Source: a virus
Strand: one strand, 5' to 3'
Length of the DNA stretch: 64,000 bases
Virus record (IMG/VR): IMGVR_UViG_3300042484_002041
Span: 32,001 to 96,000 of that record
This document shows, piece after piece, positions 18,826 through 26,468 of this stretch. The translations under genes were made by a program, and so were the position numbers. The notes beneath the pieces were generated by a model, which saw nothing but the letters and a program-made list of their open reading frames with translations, made no database searches and was not told the DNA's origin. Within the stretch, counting starts at the first letter, position 1. Each line of letters starts with the position of its first letter.

Positions 18826-19605
18826 ATGAAAATCGGTATGTTCGGCGATAGTTATATTGCATACCTAAAAAATACTTGGATAGAGCATCTTAACTCTAAA
18901 TCTCAAGACTACAAGATTCAAACTTACGGCAAAGGCGGATCAAACTTATTCTATGCTATAGATCAGTTCAATCAAGCAGTTGATGTAAGAAAGAAAAAAT
19001 ACGATGTTGTTGTTTTTACATTCACATGGCACCAACGATGGTACAGTGCATGGCGGTATAGAAATGAACAATATTGTGCTTTTAGCGAATCAAGAAAATT
19101 TAGTACATATCAGTCTGTTGTCGAGGCGCACGATCCTTCTATTTACAACGACGATACGGATGCCGAATTTATAGCAACTATCCCGAAATTCTACGAATAC
19201 ATGTACGATGATCGGTGGACTAGATTTAATTACGAATTAGAAGTTAAGTATATTTTAGAACTACCGGATCGTTATCCGGATACCAAGTTTATTTTCTTGC
19301 CAAATACAGAATATTCACAAGACCTAGCAAAGAAACATTTCAACAAGGGTGTATTAGTTGATTTTGCATTTGAAACTGTTAGTATCTCGGAACCCGGGGC
19401 GCCAGCCAAGCTCAAGCCCGGGGAGAGAATTAATGTCGAGCGTGACAACCGACTCGGGCATTTAAATCAAAGCAATCATCGTGCAGTCGGTGAACTAATG
19501 TATGACATAATTTCTAACTACCAGGCAGTGGAAAATAAGATTTATCAAGTTGATTTTGATAAATTTGATATGATATTCCCTACCAAGTCTGTTAGCACAA
19601 CATAA
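18826..19605 (+). CDS. SGNH-like protein inserted in the tRNA array
   Basis: FGDSY, GGSN, GHLNQSNH. Confidence 0.6.
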   Translation: MKIGMFGDSYIAYLKNTWIEHLNSKSQDYKIQTYGKGGSNLFYAIDQFNQAVDVRKKKYDVVVFTFTWHQRWYSAWRYRNEQYCAFSESRKFSTYQSVVEAHDPSIYNDDTDAEFIATIPKFYEYMYDDRWTRFNYELEVKYILELPDRYPDTKFIFLPNTEYSQDLAKKHFNKGVLVDFAFETVSISEPGAPAKLKPGERINVERDNRLGHLNQSNHRAVGELMYDIISNYQAVENKIYQVDFDKFDMIFPTKSVSTT

Positions 19606-19611
19606 GTAAAT

Positions 19612-19686
19612 CGCGGGATAGGAAAGCAGTAATCCGCTTGGCTCATAACCAAGAGATCGGCAGTGCGAGTCTGCCTCCCGCAACCA
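19612..19686 (+). tRNA. tRNA-fMet-like (CAT)
   Basis: C1:A72 mismatch (CGCGGGA/TCCCGCA), CTCATAA loop, ACCA. Confidence 0.85.
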
Positions 19687-19691
19687 AGTTT

Positions 19692-20330
19692 ATGAAACCA
19701 TATTTAATAGTGTACCAAGGCGGAACCTGCGGCAATTTAATGGCAGGCTTAATTCATACGCTACAAACAAATACCGCAGTCGAAGTACGGCAAGATGGAT
19801 CACTACACGAACAGAGGCATGGACCGGTGCACGTATACTATCCGTGGAAAATTCTAATAGAAAATGATCTAAATAAAAATTATAACACTGCACTAACAAA
19901 TATTTTTATTACGCACGATAGAAATATTAGAGACTTTGCATCTAGTAACGATTTAACAGTTATTAAAATCGTATACACAGACGACTCGAAGAAGTTAATT
20001 CGTCAGTTAGTATCAGAAAAAGCACAATTAACTAACCTAAAACAATGGTATCTATCACTTCCGGCCTTGCCGTTCAAGGACGTTGATTTAGATAACATCA
20101 ATGATGATACTAGAGTAGTCAAGTACCTTTATCGATGCTTAGATGATCGTATAGATAACTTTATGGACGCAGTAACATATTATCATCATACTGTTAATTT
20201 TGAAGATATTTGGACAGACAATGAAAATTTACTCAACCAATTGAGTAACATAACTGGATTAAAAAGTAACGAAAAAACAGTGCAATTAATTCAAAATTAT
20301 GTTACTATCAATAATAGATTGTATAAATGA
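19692..20330 (+). CDS. AT-rich hypothetical protein (sulfotransferase/P-loop-like)
   Basis: ATG after the tRNA; YQGGTCGNLM N-terminus. Confidence 0.55.
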   Translation: MKPYLIVYQGGTCGNLMAGLIHTLQTNTAVEVRQDGSLHEQRHGPVHVYYPWKILIENDLNKNYNTALTNIFITHDRNIRDFASSNDLTVIKIVYTDDSKKLIRQLVSEKAQLTNLKQWYLSLPALPFKDVDLDNINDDTRVVKYLYRCLDDRIDNFMDAVTYYHHTVNFEDIWTDNENLLNQLSNITGLKSNEKTVQLIQNYVTINNRLYK

Positions 20331-20367
20331 GTAGCATATCAGCTACCAGATTTTTAAGTAGCACAAT

Positions 20368-20443
20368 TCCGGTCAAGCAAACACGGTGTAGGCAGAGGAC
20401 TGTTAATCCTTGAAGCCTGGTTCGATTCCAGGGACCGGAGCCA
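20368..20443 (+). tRNA. tRNA-Asn (GTT)
   Basis: GAGGA-CTGTTAA-TCCTT, GCCA. Confidence 0.9.
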
Positions 20444-20451
20444 CACATACT

Positions 20452-20528
20452 GCACAGATACCAAAGAGGCCTAATGGCATGGATTGCAAATCCGTTGTTC
20501 GTGAGTTCGAATCTCACTCTGTGCTCCA
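20452..20528 (+). tRNA. tRNA-Cys (GCA)
   Basis: TTGCAAA loop, U73 discriminator, CCA. Confidence 0.9.
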
Positions 20529-20541
20529 AACTCGACACAAC

Positions 20542-20635
20542 GGAAGCGTGGCAGAGCCCGGTTTAATGCACCTGACTTGAAATCAGACGAATGTAGCGAT
20601 ATGTTCCGTGAGTTCGAATCTCACCGCTTCTACCA
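20542..20635 (+). tRNA. tRNA-Ser (TGA)
   Basis: CTTGAAA loop, long variable arm, CCA. Confidence 0.9.
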
Positions 20636-20643
20636 GTTACTGG

Positions 20644-20713
20644 TTGACAATTAAATCCAAGTACGCTATACTAGAGTCATGTTGTCGGTAACTCAGCAAC
20701 AGCTCTTTAAAAA
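20644..20713 (+). promoter_or_regulatory. sigma70 promoter followed by boxA-like antitermination site
   Basis: TTGACA-17-TATACT, short hairpin, GCTCTTTAAAAA (20702-20713). Confidence 0.75.
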
Positions 20714-20742
20714 CACAAGCAAGCGTTTGTAAAGATACAATC

Positions 20743-20827
20743 GCCCGGGTGATGAAATGGTATACATAGAAGACTTAAAATCTTCCGCCGTAATGGCATG
20801 CGGGTTCGAGTCCCGCCCCGGGCACCA
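20743..20827 (+). tRNA. tRNA-Leu (TAA)
   Basis: GAAGA-CTTAAAA-TCTTC, variable arm, CCA. Confidence 0.92.
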
Positions 20828-20836
20828 AACATATAC

Positions 20837-20912
20837 AGGGGTTTCGCCAAGTTGGTAAGGCATCGGATTTTGATTCCGACATGCGGTGGTTCGAATCCAT
20901 CAACCCCTACCA
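20837..20912 (+). tRNA. tRNA-Gln (TTG)
   Basis: TCGGA-TTTTGAT-TCCGA, CCA. Confidence 0.92.
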
Positions 20913-20919
20913 AAATTTA

Positions 20920-20994
20920 GGTCTCAAAGTGTTCATGGACGCATACATGCCTGTCACGCATGAGGAAGGGGATCGTTACCCCTTGGGACCGCCA
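20920..20994 (+). tRNA. tRNA-Asp (GTC)
   Basis: CATGC-CTGTCAC-GCATG, GCCA. Confidence 0.9.
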
Positions 20995-21034
20995 ATTTTT
21001 CATTGGTGCTGTTAGTGATATAGATACCTTAGGT

Positions 21035-21109
21035 GTGACTGTAGTGTAGTGGTCTGCACATTGCTCTGTGAAAGCGATAGTATGGGATCGTTCCCCATCA
21101 GTCACCCCT
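21035..21109 (+). tRNA. tRNA-His (GTG), atypical (no encoded G-1, CCT instead of CCA)
   Basis: GTGACTG/CAGTCAC, CTGTGAA loop. Confidence 0.7.
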
Positions 21110-21160
21110 AAGTTATTTGCGATATGGGATTTTCCCCACTTCACCCCAACATTGTTTTAT

Positions 21161-21234
21161 ACCCGGTTAGCTCAAAGGTAGAGCAATGGCTTGATAAGCC
21201 ATAGACAGAGGATCGTTACCTTTACTGGGTACCA
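21161..21234 (+). tRNA. tRNA-Ile (GAT)
   Basis: ATGGC-TTGATAA-GCCAT, CCA. Confidence 0.9.
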
Positions 21235-21242
21235 ATATACAT

Positions 21243-21318
21243 GCTGCTTTAGCTGATGTGGTCATAGCGGAGGTTTGAAGAACCTTGGAACGTGGTTCGA
21301 TTCCACGAGGCAGCACCA
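21243..21318 (+). tRNA. tRNA-Phe (GAA)
   Basis: GAGGT-TTGAAGA-ACCTT, CCA. Confidence 0.9.
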
Positions 21319-21320
21319 GA

Positions 21321-22049
21321 TTATGGAGTTAGGTCTATCAAAGTTAACACCGAGCTGGCTAAATCTAAATTAGATTTAACTCCATGATGAGATAGGTCTC
21401 GAGCACGATCTAATCCTTTTAATGTGTTTAATTTTACTGGAACAAATTTGCACTCATTCAGTTTACTTACTTGTGCAAGTGCAAGCGTGTTCTTTTCAGA
21501 ATTTAACTGACTGTTAGTATCGACTGATAACCATGTTTTGTAAAACCCTGAATAATAACCAGGAGGAGACACAGGGGTTAAAAATTCTACATACTGTTCC
21601 CCGACTAGTTCAACCCTATGCATGTCAGGCAGTAACAATACTACTATCTTTGGTAAGATTTTAGGAATCCAATACGAGCCTAATCTGTATGCAGTATCGG
21701 TACTGCCGCCGCCCTGCCCAAGATTGTAACATTTTAAATTTAGATTGTCGGCAACAATTGTCGGCCAAGTGTGTTCGATAGGTAGGCCAACCCCAACAGT
21801 GTGACTGCAACCCAGAAATAAAATGCTAGGGTCGTTTGTAAACTCTTCGCACCTGAATGCAAAACTATTAAATTTGTAAGTTATTTCTTGGTTGATCCAT
21901 CCGTTGAGTTCCATCTCCGGACGTCTCAACTTTAAGTTTTCAAGATATCGATCTTCTGTATCCTGCGGTAGCCATTTTACAGTTCTGTTGGCTAATGACC
22001 CAGCGTTATTAAAGTTGTTGATGTAGCATGAATCGTAATTTATTTTCAT
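21321..22049 (-). CDS. SGNH-like protein, antisense inside the tRNA array
   Basis: LGCSHTVG, NLGQGGGS, RDLSHHG; TAAATA just upstream on the - strand. Confidence 0.7.
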   Translation of the reverse strand: MKINYDSCYINNFNNAGSLANRTVKWLPQDTEDRYLENLKLRRPEMELNGWINQEITYKFNSFAFRCEEFTNDPSILFLGCSHTVGVGLPIEHTWPTIVADNLNLKCYNLGQGGGSTDTAYRLGSYWIPKILPKIVVLLLPDMHRVELVGEQYVEFLTPVSPPGYYSGFYKTWLSVDTNSQLNSEKNTLALAQVSKLNECKFVPVKLNTLKGLDRARDLSHHGVKSNLDLASSVLTLIDLTP

Positions 22050-22073
22050 TGAAATATTTATTAGTGTAAGAAT

Positions 22074-22157
22074 GCGGACGTGATGTAATTGGTAGCCATG
22101 CGAGTCTTAGAAGCTCGTGCCTTGTGCGTGAGAGTTCGAGTCTCTCCGTCCGCACCA
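22074..22157 (+). tRNA. tRNA-Leu (TAG)
   Basis: CTTAGAA loop, variable arm, CCA. Confidence 0.92.
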
Positions 22158-22179
22158 TGAGATATATAGTAGTATAAAG

Positions 22180-22254
22180 GCCTGGTTAGCTCAGGGGTAG
22201 AGCGTCTCCTTTACACGGAGAGGGTCCGCGGTTCGAAACCGTGACCAGGTACCA
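22180..22254 (+). tRNA. tRNA-Val (TAC)
   Basis: TCTCC-TTTACAC-GGAGA, CCA. Confidence 0.92.
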
Positions 22255-22260
22255 AAGTTT

Positions 22261-22337
22261 GGTCGGGTATCTTAAGAGGAAGTAGAGCCTCCCTCATAAG
22301 GAGGAATGTGGAGCTTCGAGTGCTCTCCTGACCACCA
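22261..22337 (+). tRNA. tRNA-Met (CAT), elongator-type
   Basis: CCTCC-CTCATAA-GGAGG, CCA. Confidence 0.85.
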
Positions 22338-22351
22338 AGATAGTTTTATAT

Positions 22352-22425
22352 GGGCGTGTAGTATAATGGGATTACGACGGCTTTGCAAGCCGTTTATGGG
22401 AGTTCGATCCTCCCCATGTCCACCA
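22352..22425 (+). tRNA. tRNA-Ala (TGC)
   Basis: G3:U70, TTTGCAA loop, CCA. Confidence 0.92.
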
Positions 22426-22438
22426 TAGTTTTACAAAA

Positions 22439-22528
22439 GGAGAGCGGGCCGGACGGTAAGGCAACTGACTGCTAATCAGTAGAGTGTAGTAATATGCTCA
22501 CAGGGTTCGATTCCCTGGCTCTCCGCCA
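22439..22528 (+). tRNA. tRNA-Ser (GCT)
   Basis: ACTGA-CTGCTAA-TCAGT, long variable arm, GCCA. Confidence 0.92.
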
Positions 22529-22536
22529 AGTTTTTT

Positions 22537-22611
22537 CGGTCTTTAGTTCAATGGATAGAATACGTGGCTTCGAACCATGTGATGGGAGTTCGATCCTCTC
22601 AGGACCGGCCA
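22537..22611 (+). tRNA. tRNA-Arg (TCG)
   Basis: CTTCGAA loop, GCCA. Confidence 0.88.
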
Positions 22612-22641
22612 AGAGTTTTATACTACACAATAGGAAATAGT

Positions 22642-23112
22642 ATGTTAAAGGTAGATGTTCGAGAGGTTGAAGAATTCATGAGCCAGCAAGGCCCTAATAC
22701 TCGAGTCTACTTGGGTGCCGACAGCGAGCGATTCAAGGTCAACGGTGTTTGGTGGGCCGAATACACAGTAGCTGTGGTTATCCACATCAACGGTCGCAAT
22801 GGTTGCAAGATCTTTGGAGAAACTTCCAAGGAACGCGACTACGATCAAAAGTACAATCGTCCCAGCATGCGGCTCATGAACGAGGTGTACCGTGTCAGCG
22901 AAATGTTCCAGCGGCTGCAAGAGATACTGAAAGATCGAGAGGTCGAGGTGCACTTGGATATTAATCCTAGCGAAATGCACGGATCCAGCTGTGTGGTGCA
23001 GCAAGCAATTGGGTACATACGCGGCACTTGCAACGTGATCCCCATGGTCAAGCCAGATGCGTTTGCAGCCAGTTATGCGGCGGATAGGCTAAAGAGCTTG
23101 CTGGCTGCTTAA
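22642..23112 (+). CDS. RNase H-like YkuK/DUF458 family protein
   Basis: VYLGADS, RLMNEV, EVHLDIN, KPDAFAASYAAD; start moved past the tRNA. Confidence 0.75.
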   Translation: MLKVDVREVEEFMSQQGPNTRVYLGADSERFKVNGVWWAEYTVAVVIHINGRNGCKIFGETSKERDYDQKYNRPSMRLMNEVYRVSEMFQRLQEILKDREVEVHLDINPSEMHGSSCVVQQAIGYIRGTCNVIPMVKPDAFAASYAADRLKSLLAA

Positions 23113-23120
23113 ATAGTATC

Positions 23121-23849
23121 ATGCAACTTTGGGTATTTTTTGAGCCTGGCACCGGAGGTGATGGATTGTGTAACCTCCTGGAACAGTCAACAGACTGCAA
23201 TAGCCTAGGCGCAATAAAACAATGGCGTCCGCATCGTTATGTTGATGGTGATTTAAAATTTTGGATGCCAACTCCGGATGTAAAACATTGTTTTCGAAGT
23301 TCTGCTCCTTTTAAACAACACAAAAATCAGTTTCATAACAATTATGTTAACTTGGCTAATCAAGATCAAGGATTTGTAATTATACCATCTCACGGTATCA
23401 ACTTGCGGGCGTTAGAAACAAGCGACTGCCAGGATATATTGACTGCTAATCAAAAAAAAGTTTTGCTATTAAGTAAAGATCGAAAGGCTGCTTTACTTCG
23501 AGCAGAACGAAGTTGTTTACGCGAAATAAAGCCAGCAACGCCAGAATATCTTGACTGTCAGATAAAACAAAAAATTAATATTGATAAATTTGACTCGGTC
23601 GTCTACATTGAGGATTTACGATCGAATTTTGACATCTTTGACAACTTTTGTAACACATTAGGAATTGTTGCAGATAAAAATCACTATGACACCTACCTGC
23701 AACTAATCCGAAGAGAACTTTTTTTTGTATCACCAGGTATAGCATATCACAGTTCTAGAATTGACAAAAACGGAATTCTTCGGTATGATCAAGTTGATCC
23801 AGATATGGTAATAGGTCAAAGAAAAAAATTATTGTTTGACTTGATGTAG
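23121..23849 (+). CDS. AT-rich hypothetical protein
   Basis: TAAATA upstream; FEPGTGGDGL N-terminus. Confidence 0.55.
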   Translation: MQLWVFFEPGTGGDGLCNLLEQSTDCNSLGAIKQWRPHRYVDGDLKFWMPTPDVKHCFRSSAPFKQHKNQFHNNYVNLANQDQGFVIIPSHGINLRALETSDCQDILTANQKKVLLLSKDRKAALLRAERSCLREIKPATPEYLDCQIKQKINIDKFDSVVYIEDLRSNFDIFDNFCNTLGIVADKNHYDTYLQLIRRELFFVSPGIAYHSSRIDKNGILRYDQVDPDMVIGQRKKLLFDLM

Positions 23850-23878
23850 TTGACATCTAATAACAGTTGTGTTATAAT
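23850..23878 (+). promoter_or_regulatory. sigma70 promoter
   Basis: TTGACA-17-TATAAT upstream of tRNA-Gly. Confidence 0.85.
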
Positions 23879-23890
23879 ACATGAATGTAT

Positions 23891-23964
23891 GCGGGATTGG
23901 CATATTGGTTGTGTCCTAGCCTTCCAAGCTAGTCAAAGGAGTTCGATTCTCCTATCCCGCTCCA
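23891..23964 (+). tRNA. tRNA-Gly (TCC)
   Basis: CTAGC-CTTCCAA-GCTAG, TCCA. Confidence 0.92.
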
Positions 23965-23990
23965 TAAATATAAATTAACCGAGGTCTTTG

Positions 23991-24236
23991 ATGAATGTAA
24001 CCCTTAGTCGTGGTACCGGTATTAACACTGAAAAATGCGTGGAAAATGCCGGGGGGAATCGATACAATTTGGTGTTGATTGCTTGCCACCGTGCTCGTGA
24101 CATTGAACGTCATAACATCCAGCGCCAGAAGCAAGCCTACGAAAACCCAATTGTGAGTGCCTTGTTGGACGTGCAAAACGGTACAGTCGGCGAAGAGTAT
24201 CTCAAGCGAATTAAGACGCCTAACAGGCGGGTATGA
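23991..24236 (+). CDS. rpoZ: RNA polymerase omega subunit-like protein
   Basis: NRYNLVLIACHRARDI...NPIVSALLDVQNG matches RpoZ motifs. Confidence 0.7.
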   Translation: MNVTLSRGTGINTEKCVENAGGNRYNLVLIACHRARDIERHNIQRQKQAYENPIVSALLDVQNGTVGEEYLKRIKTPNRRV

Positions 24237-24242
24237 TGTAAT

Positions 24243-24316
24243 GCGGGTATGATGTAATGGTAACCTGAAACCTTGCCAAGGTTTATTCGCGAGTTCGATT
24301 CTCGCTACCCGCTCCA
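24243..24316 (+). tRNA. tRNA-Gly (GCC)
   Basis: AAACC-TTGCCAA-GGTTT, TCCA. Confidence 0.92.
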
Positions 24317-24321
24317 GGATT

Positions 24322-24396
24322 CTGCCCATCGTTCAACGGACAGGACATGGTTCTTCTAAATCCAGAATGGGGGTTCGATTCCCTCTGGGCAGACCA
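24322..24396 (+). tRNA. tRNA-Arg (TCT)
   Basis: CTTCTAA loop (one stem mismatch), CCA. Confidence 0.85.
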
Positions 24397-24419
24397 ATTT
24401 ATATACAAGGATACGCAAA

Positions 24420-24611
24420 ATGACTGAACAACAACAACGAGATGCTGCTATGGAAGAGTTCCTGGCCAAAGGTGGTAAGATTCAACAAGTGGCCACCGGC
24501 GTTAGCGGCAGGATCGAAGGCGTCAACTATTCAGCCTGGGGCGCACCGCGTAAAGCAGGTAGGCCCCCAAACGTGCCCGATACTGCCAAGGTGGACAAAA
24601 CACCAGTCTAA
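24420..24611 (+). CDS. small phage protein (EEFLAKGGKIQ motif)
   Basis: AAGGA RBS. Confidence 0.6.
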   Translation: MTEQQQRDAAMEEFLAKGGKIQQVATGVSGRIEGVNYSAWGAPRKAGRPPNVPDTAKVDKTPV

Positions 24612-24667
24612 TTTGCGATCTGCTGATATTTTTAAAAATTGGTTAAATAGTAAAAAGGATTTATATT

Positions 24668-24955
24668 ATGACTTTAACCAAAGCGGTAGTTGTTGTTTGG
24701 ACTATACCACTAGATACGGAGTTACCGGTACCGGAGACGGTGCCCACGTCCTGTATCACTGCGCTACAAGACAAACTGGCAGCAATGACCGCTGCTGGTC
24801 AAACAGACGGCAAGAAATATTGGTTCGCGCCCCAGGTTACCGAACACCGTTTTACTGATCAAGCAGCAGCTGAAGAATTTGTGTATTACCTAACTCAGGT
24901 ATTTGCGTGTAGTACAGATATTGATTCTACTCACATCAATCCCCTCTACCTCTAA
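24668..24955 (+). CDS. hypothetical protein
   Basis: TAAATA plus AAGGA upstream; terminator AGCGCGG-TTAAT-CCGCGCT-TTTT downstream. Confidence 0.55.
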   Translation: MTLTKAVVVVWTIPLDTELPVPETVPTSCITALQDKLAAMTAAGQTDGKKYWFAPQVTEHRFTDQAAAEEFVYYLTQVFACSTDIDSTHINPLYL

Positions 24956-25011
24956 GCGCCCGGGCTCAGATAACAGCGCGGTTAATCCGCGCTTTTTCAT
25001 GGTAGGCACGG

Positions 25012-25078
25012 TTGACAATTAATTCAACTTGCCGTATAATGCTTGTATGCGTTAAGAGATTAACGCGCTCTTTAACAA
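25012..25078 (+). promoter_or_regulatory. sigma70 promoter, boxB-like hairpin and consensus boxA
   Basis: TTGACA-17-TATAAT; GCGTTAA-GAGA-TTAACGC; GCTCTTTAACAA. Confidence 0.85.
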
Positions 25079-25100
25079 GTCGATGAAAAACATGACTGTG

Positions 25101-25215
25101 AGGTCATATTGAAGCTCTGGTGTAAATGGGCACATCCCCCAAGTACTAGTCTTGGAAAAACGGGGAGAGAACACGCGGCTCCAAAAGCAGATGCGAGTGA
25201 GTTTCAATATGATCT
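25101..25215 (+). ncRNA. stem-enclosed structured RNA
   Basis: AGGTCATATTGAAGCTC / GAGTTTCAATATGATCT 17-bp closing stem with G:U pairs. Confidence 0.55.
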
Positions 25216-25221
25216 TACATT

Positions 25222-25295
25222 GGGTTTGTAACTTAAAAGTAAAGTATCGGACTTTTAATCCGACTAAGAAGGAGCGTTACCTTCCAGACCTACCA
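25222..25295 (+). tRNA. tRNA-Lys (TTT)
   Basis: TCGGA-CTTTTAA-TCCGA, CCA; atypical T-loop. Confidence 0.85.
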
Positions 25296-25531
25296 TATAG
25301 AAATGCATTAGATCCCTTGTATGCTGCTGAACAGGCGCCCCGATCAGCGGCATATATCCCTTTTAGTGTGTTTCTATATGGTATGTGAGGGTGGTATGTA
25401 GGTTGGTAACCATTCCAGCGAGGACCGGGATTCCCAAGCCAGCAACACTGGCTACCATATAGAAACACATTATCATCATAACTGGTTGATAAAAGAGACT
25501 TGACCCTCTGTTAGTGTGTTTCTATATGGTA
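25291..25531 (+). repeat. alternating 20-nt inverted repeats (A-A'-A-A') enclosing three unique segments
   Basis: TACCATATAGAAA(TG/CA)CATTA at 25291 and 25453; TAGTGTGTTTCTATATGGTA at 25364 and 25512. Confidence 0.85.
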
Positions 25532-25621
25532 AGTATTTTAGGGAGTAATGCAGATGTCCTGCATTACTTAAACGACCAAGCTGAGCCGGTGTCCCTTAGT
25601 TAAATTAATGGAAAGTATAAT

Positions 25622-25706
25622 GGACAGGTGGGTGAGTGGTTAAAACCAGGAGACTGTAAATCTCCCGCCTCTGGCTACGTAGGTTCGAATCCTACCCTGT
25701 CCACCA
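25622..25706 (+). tRNA. tRNA-Tyr (GTA)
   Basis: GGAGA-CTGTAAA-TCTCC, variable arm, CCA. Confidence 0.93.
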
Positions 25707-25712
25707 AGATTT

Positions 25713-25787
25713 GGGCTGATAGTGATAATGGGAGCACAGGGCGTTTGCAACGCTTTAGTCGGGGTTCGATCCCCCGTCGGTCCACCA
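25713..25787 (+). tRNA. tRNA-Ala (TGC), second copy
   Basis: G3:U70, TTTGCAA loop, CCA. Confidence 0.9.
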
Positions 25788-25869
25788 AAATTTTGCGGTC
25801 GCGCCGCAGACGACTCAATACTTGGTCGTAACATCATGTATCTATTAGGTGAAAAGCCTATCCTTATTT

Positions 25870-25895
25870 GCCTCCATAGTTCAATGGATAGAACA
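25870..25895 (+). pseudogene. 5' fragment of a tRNA (Arg-like)
   Basis: GCCTCCATAGTTCAATGGATAGAACA: acceptor 5' strand and D arm only. Confidence 0.7.
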
Positions 25896-25896
25896 G

Positions 25897-25972
25897 GCCC
25901 CGGTAGCTCAGTGAATAGAGTACATTCCTCCTAAGAATGAGGTCGGGCGTTTGATTCGCCCCCGGGGCACCA
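25897..25972 (+). tRNA. tRNA-Arg (CCT)
   Basis: CATTC-CTCCTAA-GAATG, CCA. Confidence 0.9.
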
Positions 25973-25996
25973 TAACTCAAGTAAATAAACATCTAA

Positions 25997-26071
25997 GCCC
26001 CTTTAGCATAGTGGTACTGCAATCGCCTTGTAAGCGATAGAGCGTCTGTTCGATTCAGACAAGGGGCACCA
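25997..26071 (+). tRNA. tRNA-Thr (TGT)
   Basis: ATCGC-CTTGTAA-GCGAT, CCA. Confidence 0.92.
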
Positions 26072-26077
26072 CATTAT

Positions 26078-26153
26078 CTCCGTAAAGTGTTATCTGGTGG
26101 CATGCTGCGTTTGGGACGCAGTGGTGAAGGTTCAAATCCTTCTATGGAGACCA
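26078..26153 (+). tRNA. tRNA-Pro (TGG)
   Basis: CTGCG-TTTGGGA-CGCAG, CCA. Confidence 0.9.
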
Positions 26154-26202
26154 GTCATGTTGTTATCCTGTACACCATAAATATACAGTAGGAGTAATAA
26201 TT

Positions 26203-26427
26203 ATGACAAAGAAATTTACATTCACTAACTCAACCGGTAATCCTGTTGTAACTCATCGGGCCTGGGTTAACACCTTATCGCCAGGTGACCAAGAAAAATT
26301 TACCGCAGCAAATATTAGACAAAATGCTAGTATAGCCGCAGATCCAACCGCAGACAATGATCCCGAATGGAGTAGTTTTTGGGATAGGTATATTAAAGAA
26401 ACAAACACAGTGTTAACTGTAGAGTAA
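26203..26427 (+). CDS. small hypothetical protein
   Basis: TAAATA and AGGAG upstream. Confidence 0.6.
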   Translation: MTKKFTFTNSTGNPVVTHRAWVNTLSPGDQEKFTAANIRQNASIAADPTADNDPEWSSFWDRYIKETNTVLTVE

Positions 26428-26468
26428 GAATCGGTTCCTTCTATGGCGATCCTCTAATAAATAGGATC

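Noticed and set aside
24322-24396. Amber suppressor tRNA (TTCTAAA loop) or recoded genetic code
   Set aside because: The stem pairs only with the CTTCTAA loop (Arg TCT); genes read normally in the standard code, including TAG stops.
25473-25511. Y RNA Ro-binding stem (CTGGTTGA...CTTGACC)
   Set aside because: Only a loose resemblance, and no Ro/TROVE gene is in the window.
25291-25531. CRISPR mini-array
   Set aside because: Repeats alternate in orientation, spacer lengths are very unequal (53/69/39 nt) and no cas genes are in the window.
19495-25934. Short track ORFs overlapping tRNAs (e.g. 20308, 20707, 20917, 23952, 25152, 25628, 25640, 25722) and the 5' extensions of 19638 and 22564
   Set aside because: They are shadows of tRNA genes; the real starts lie downstream.
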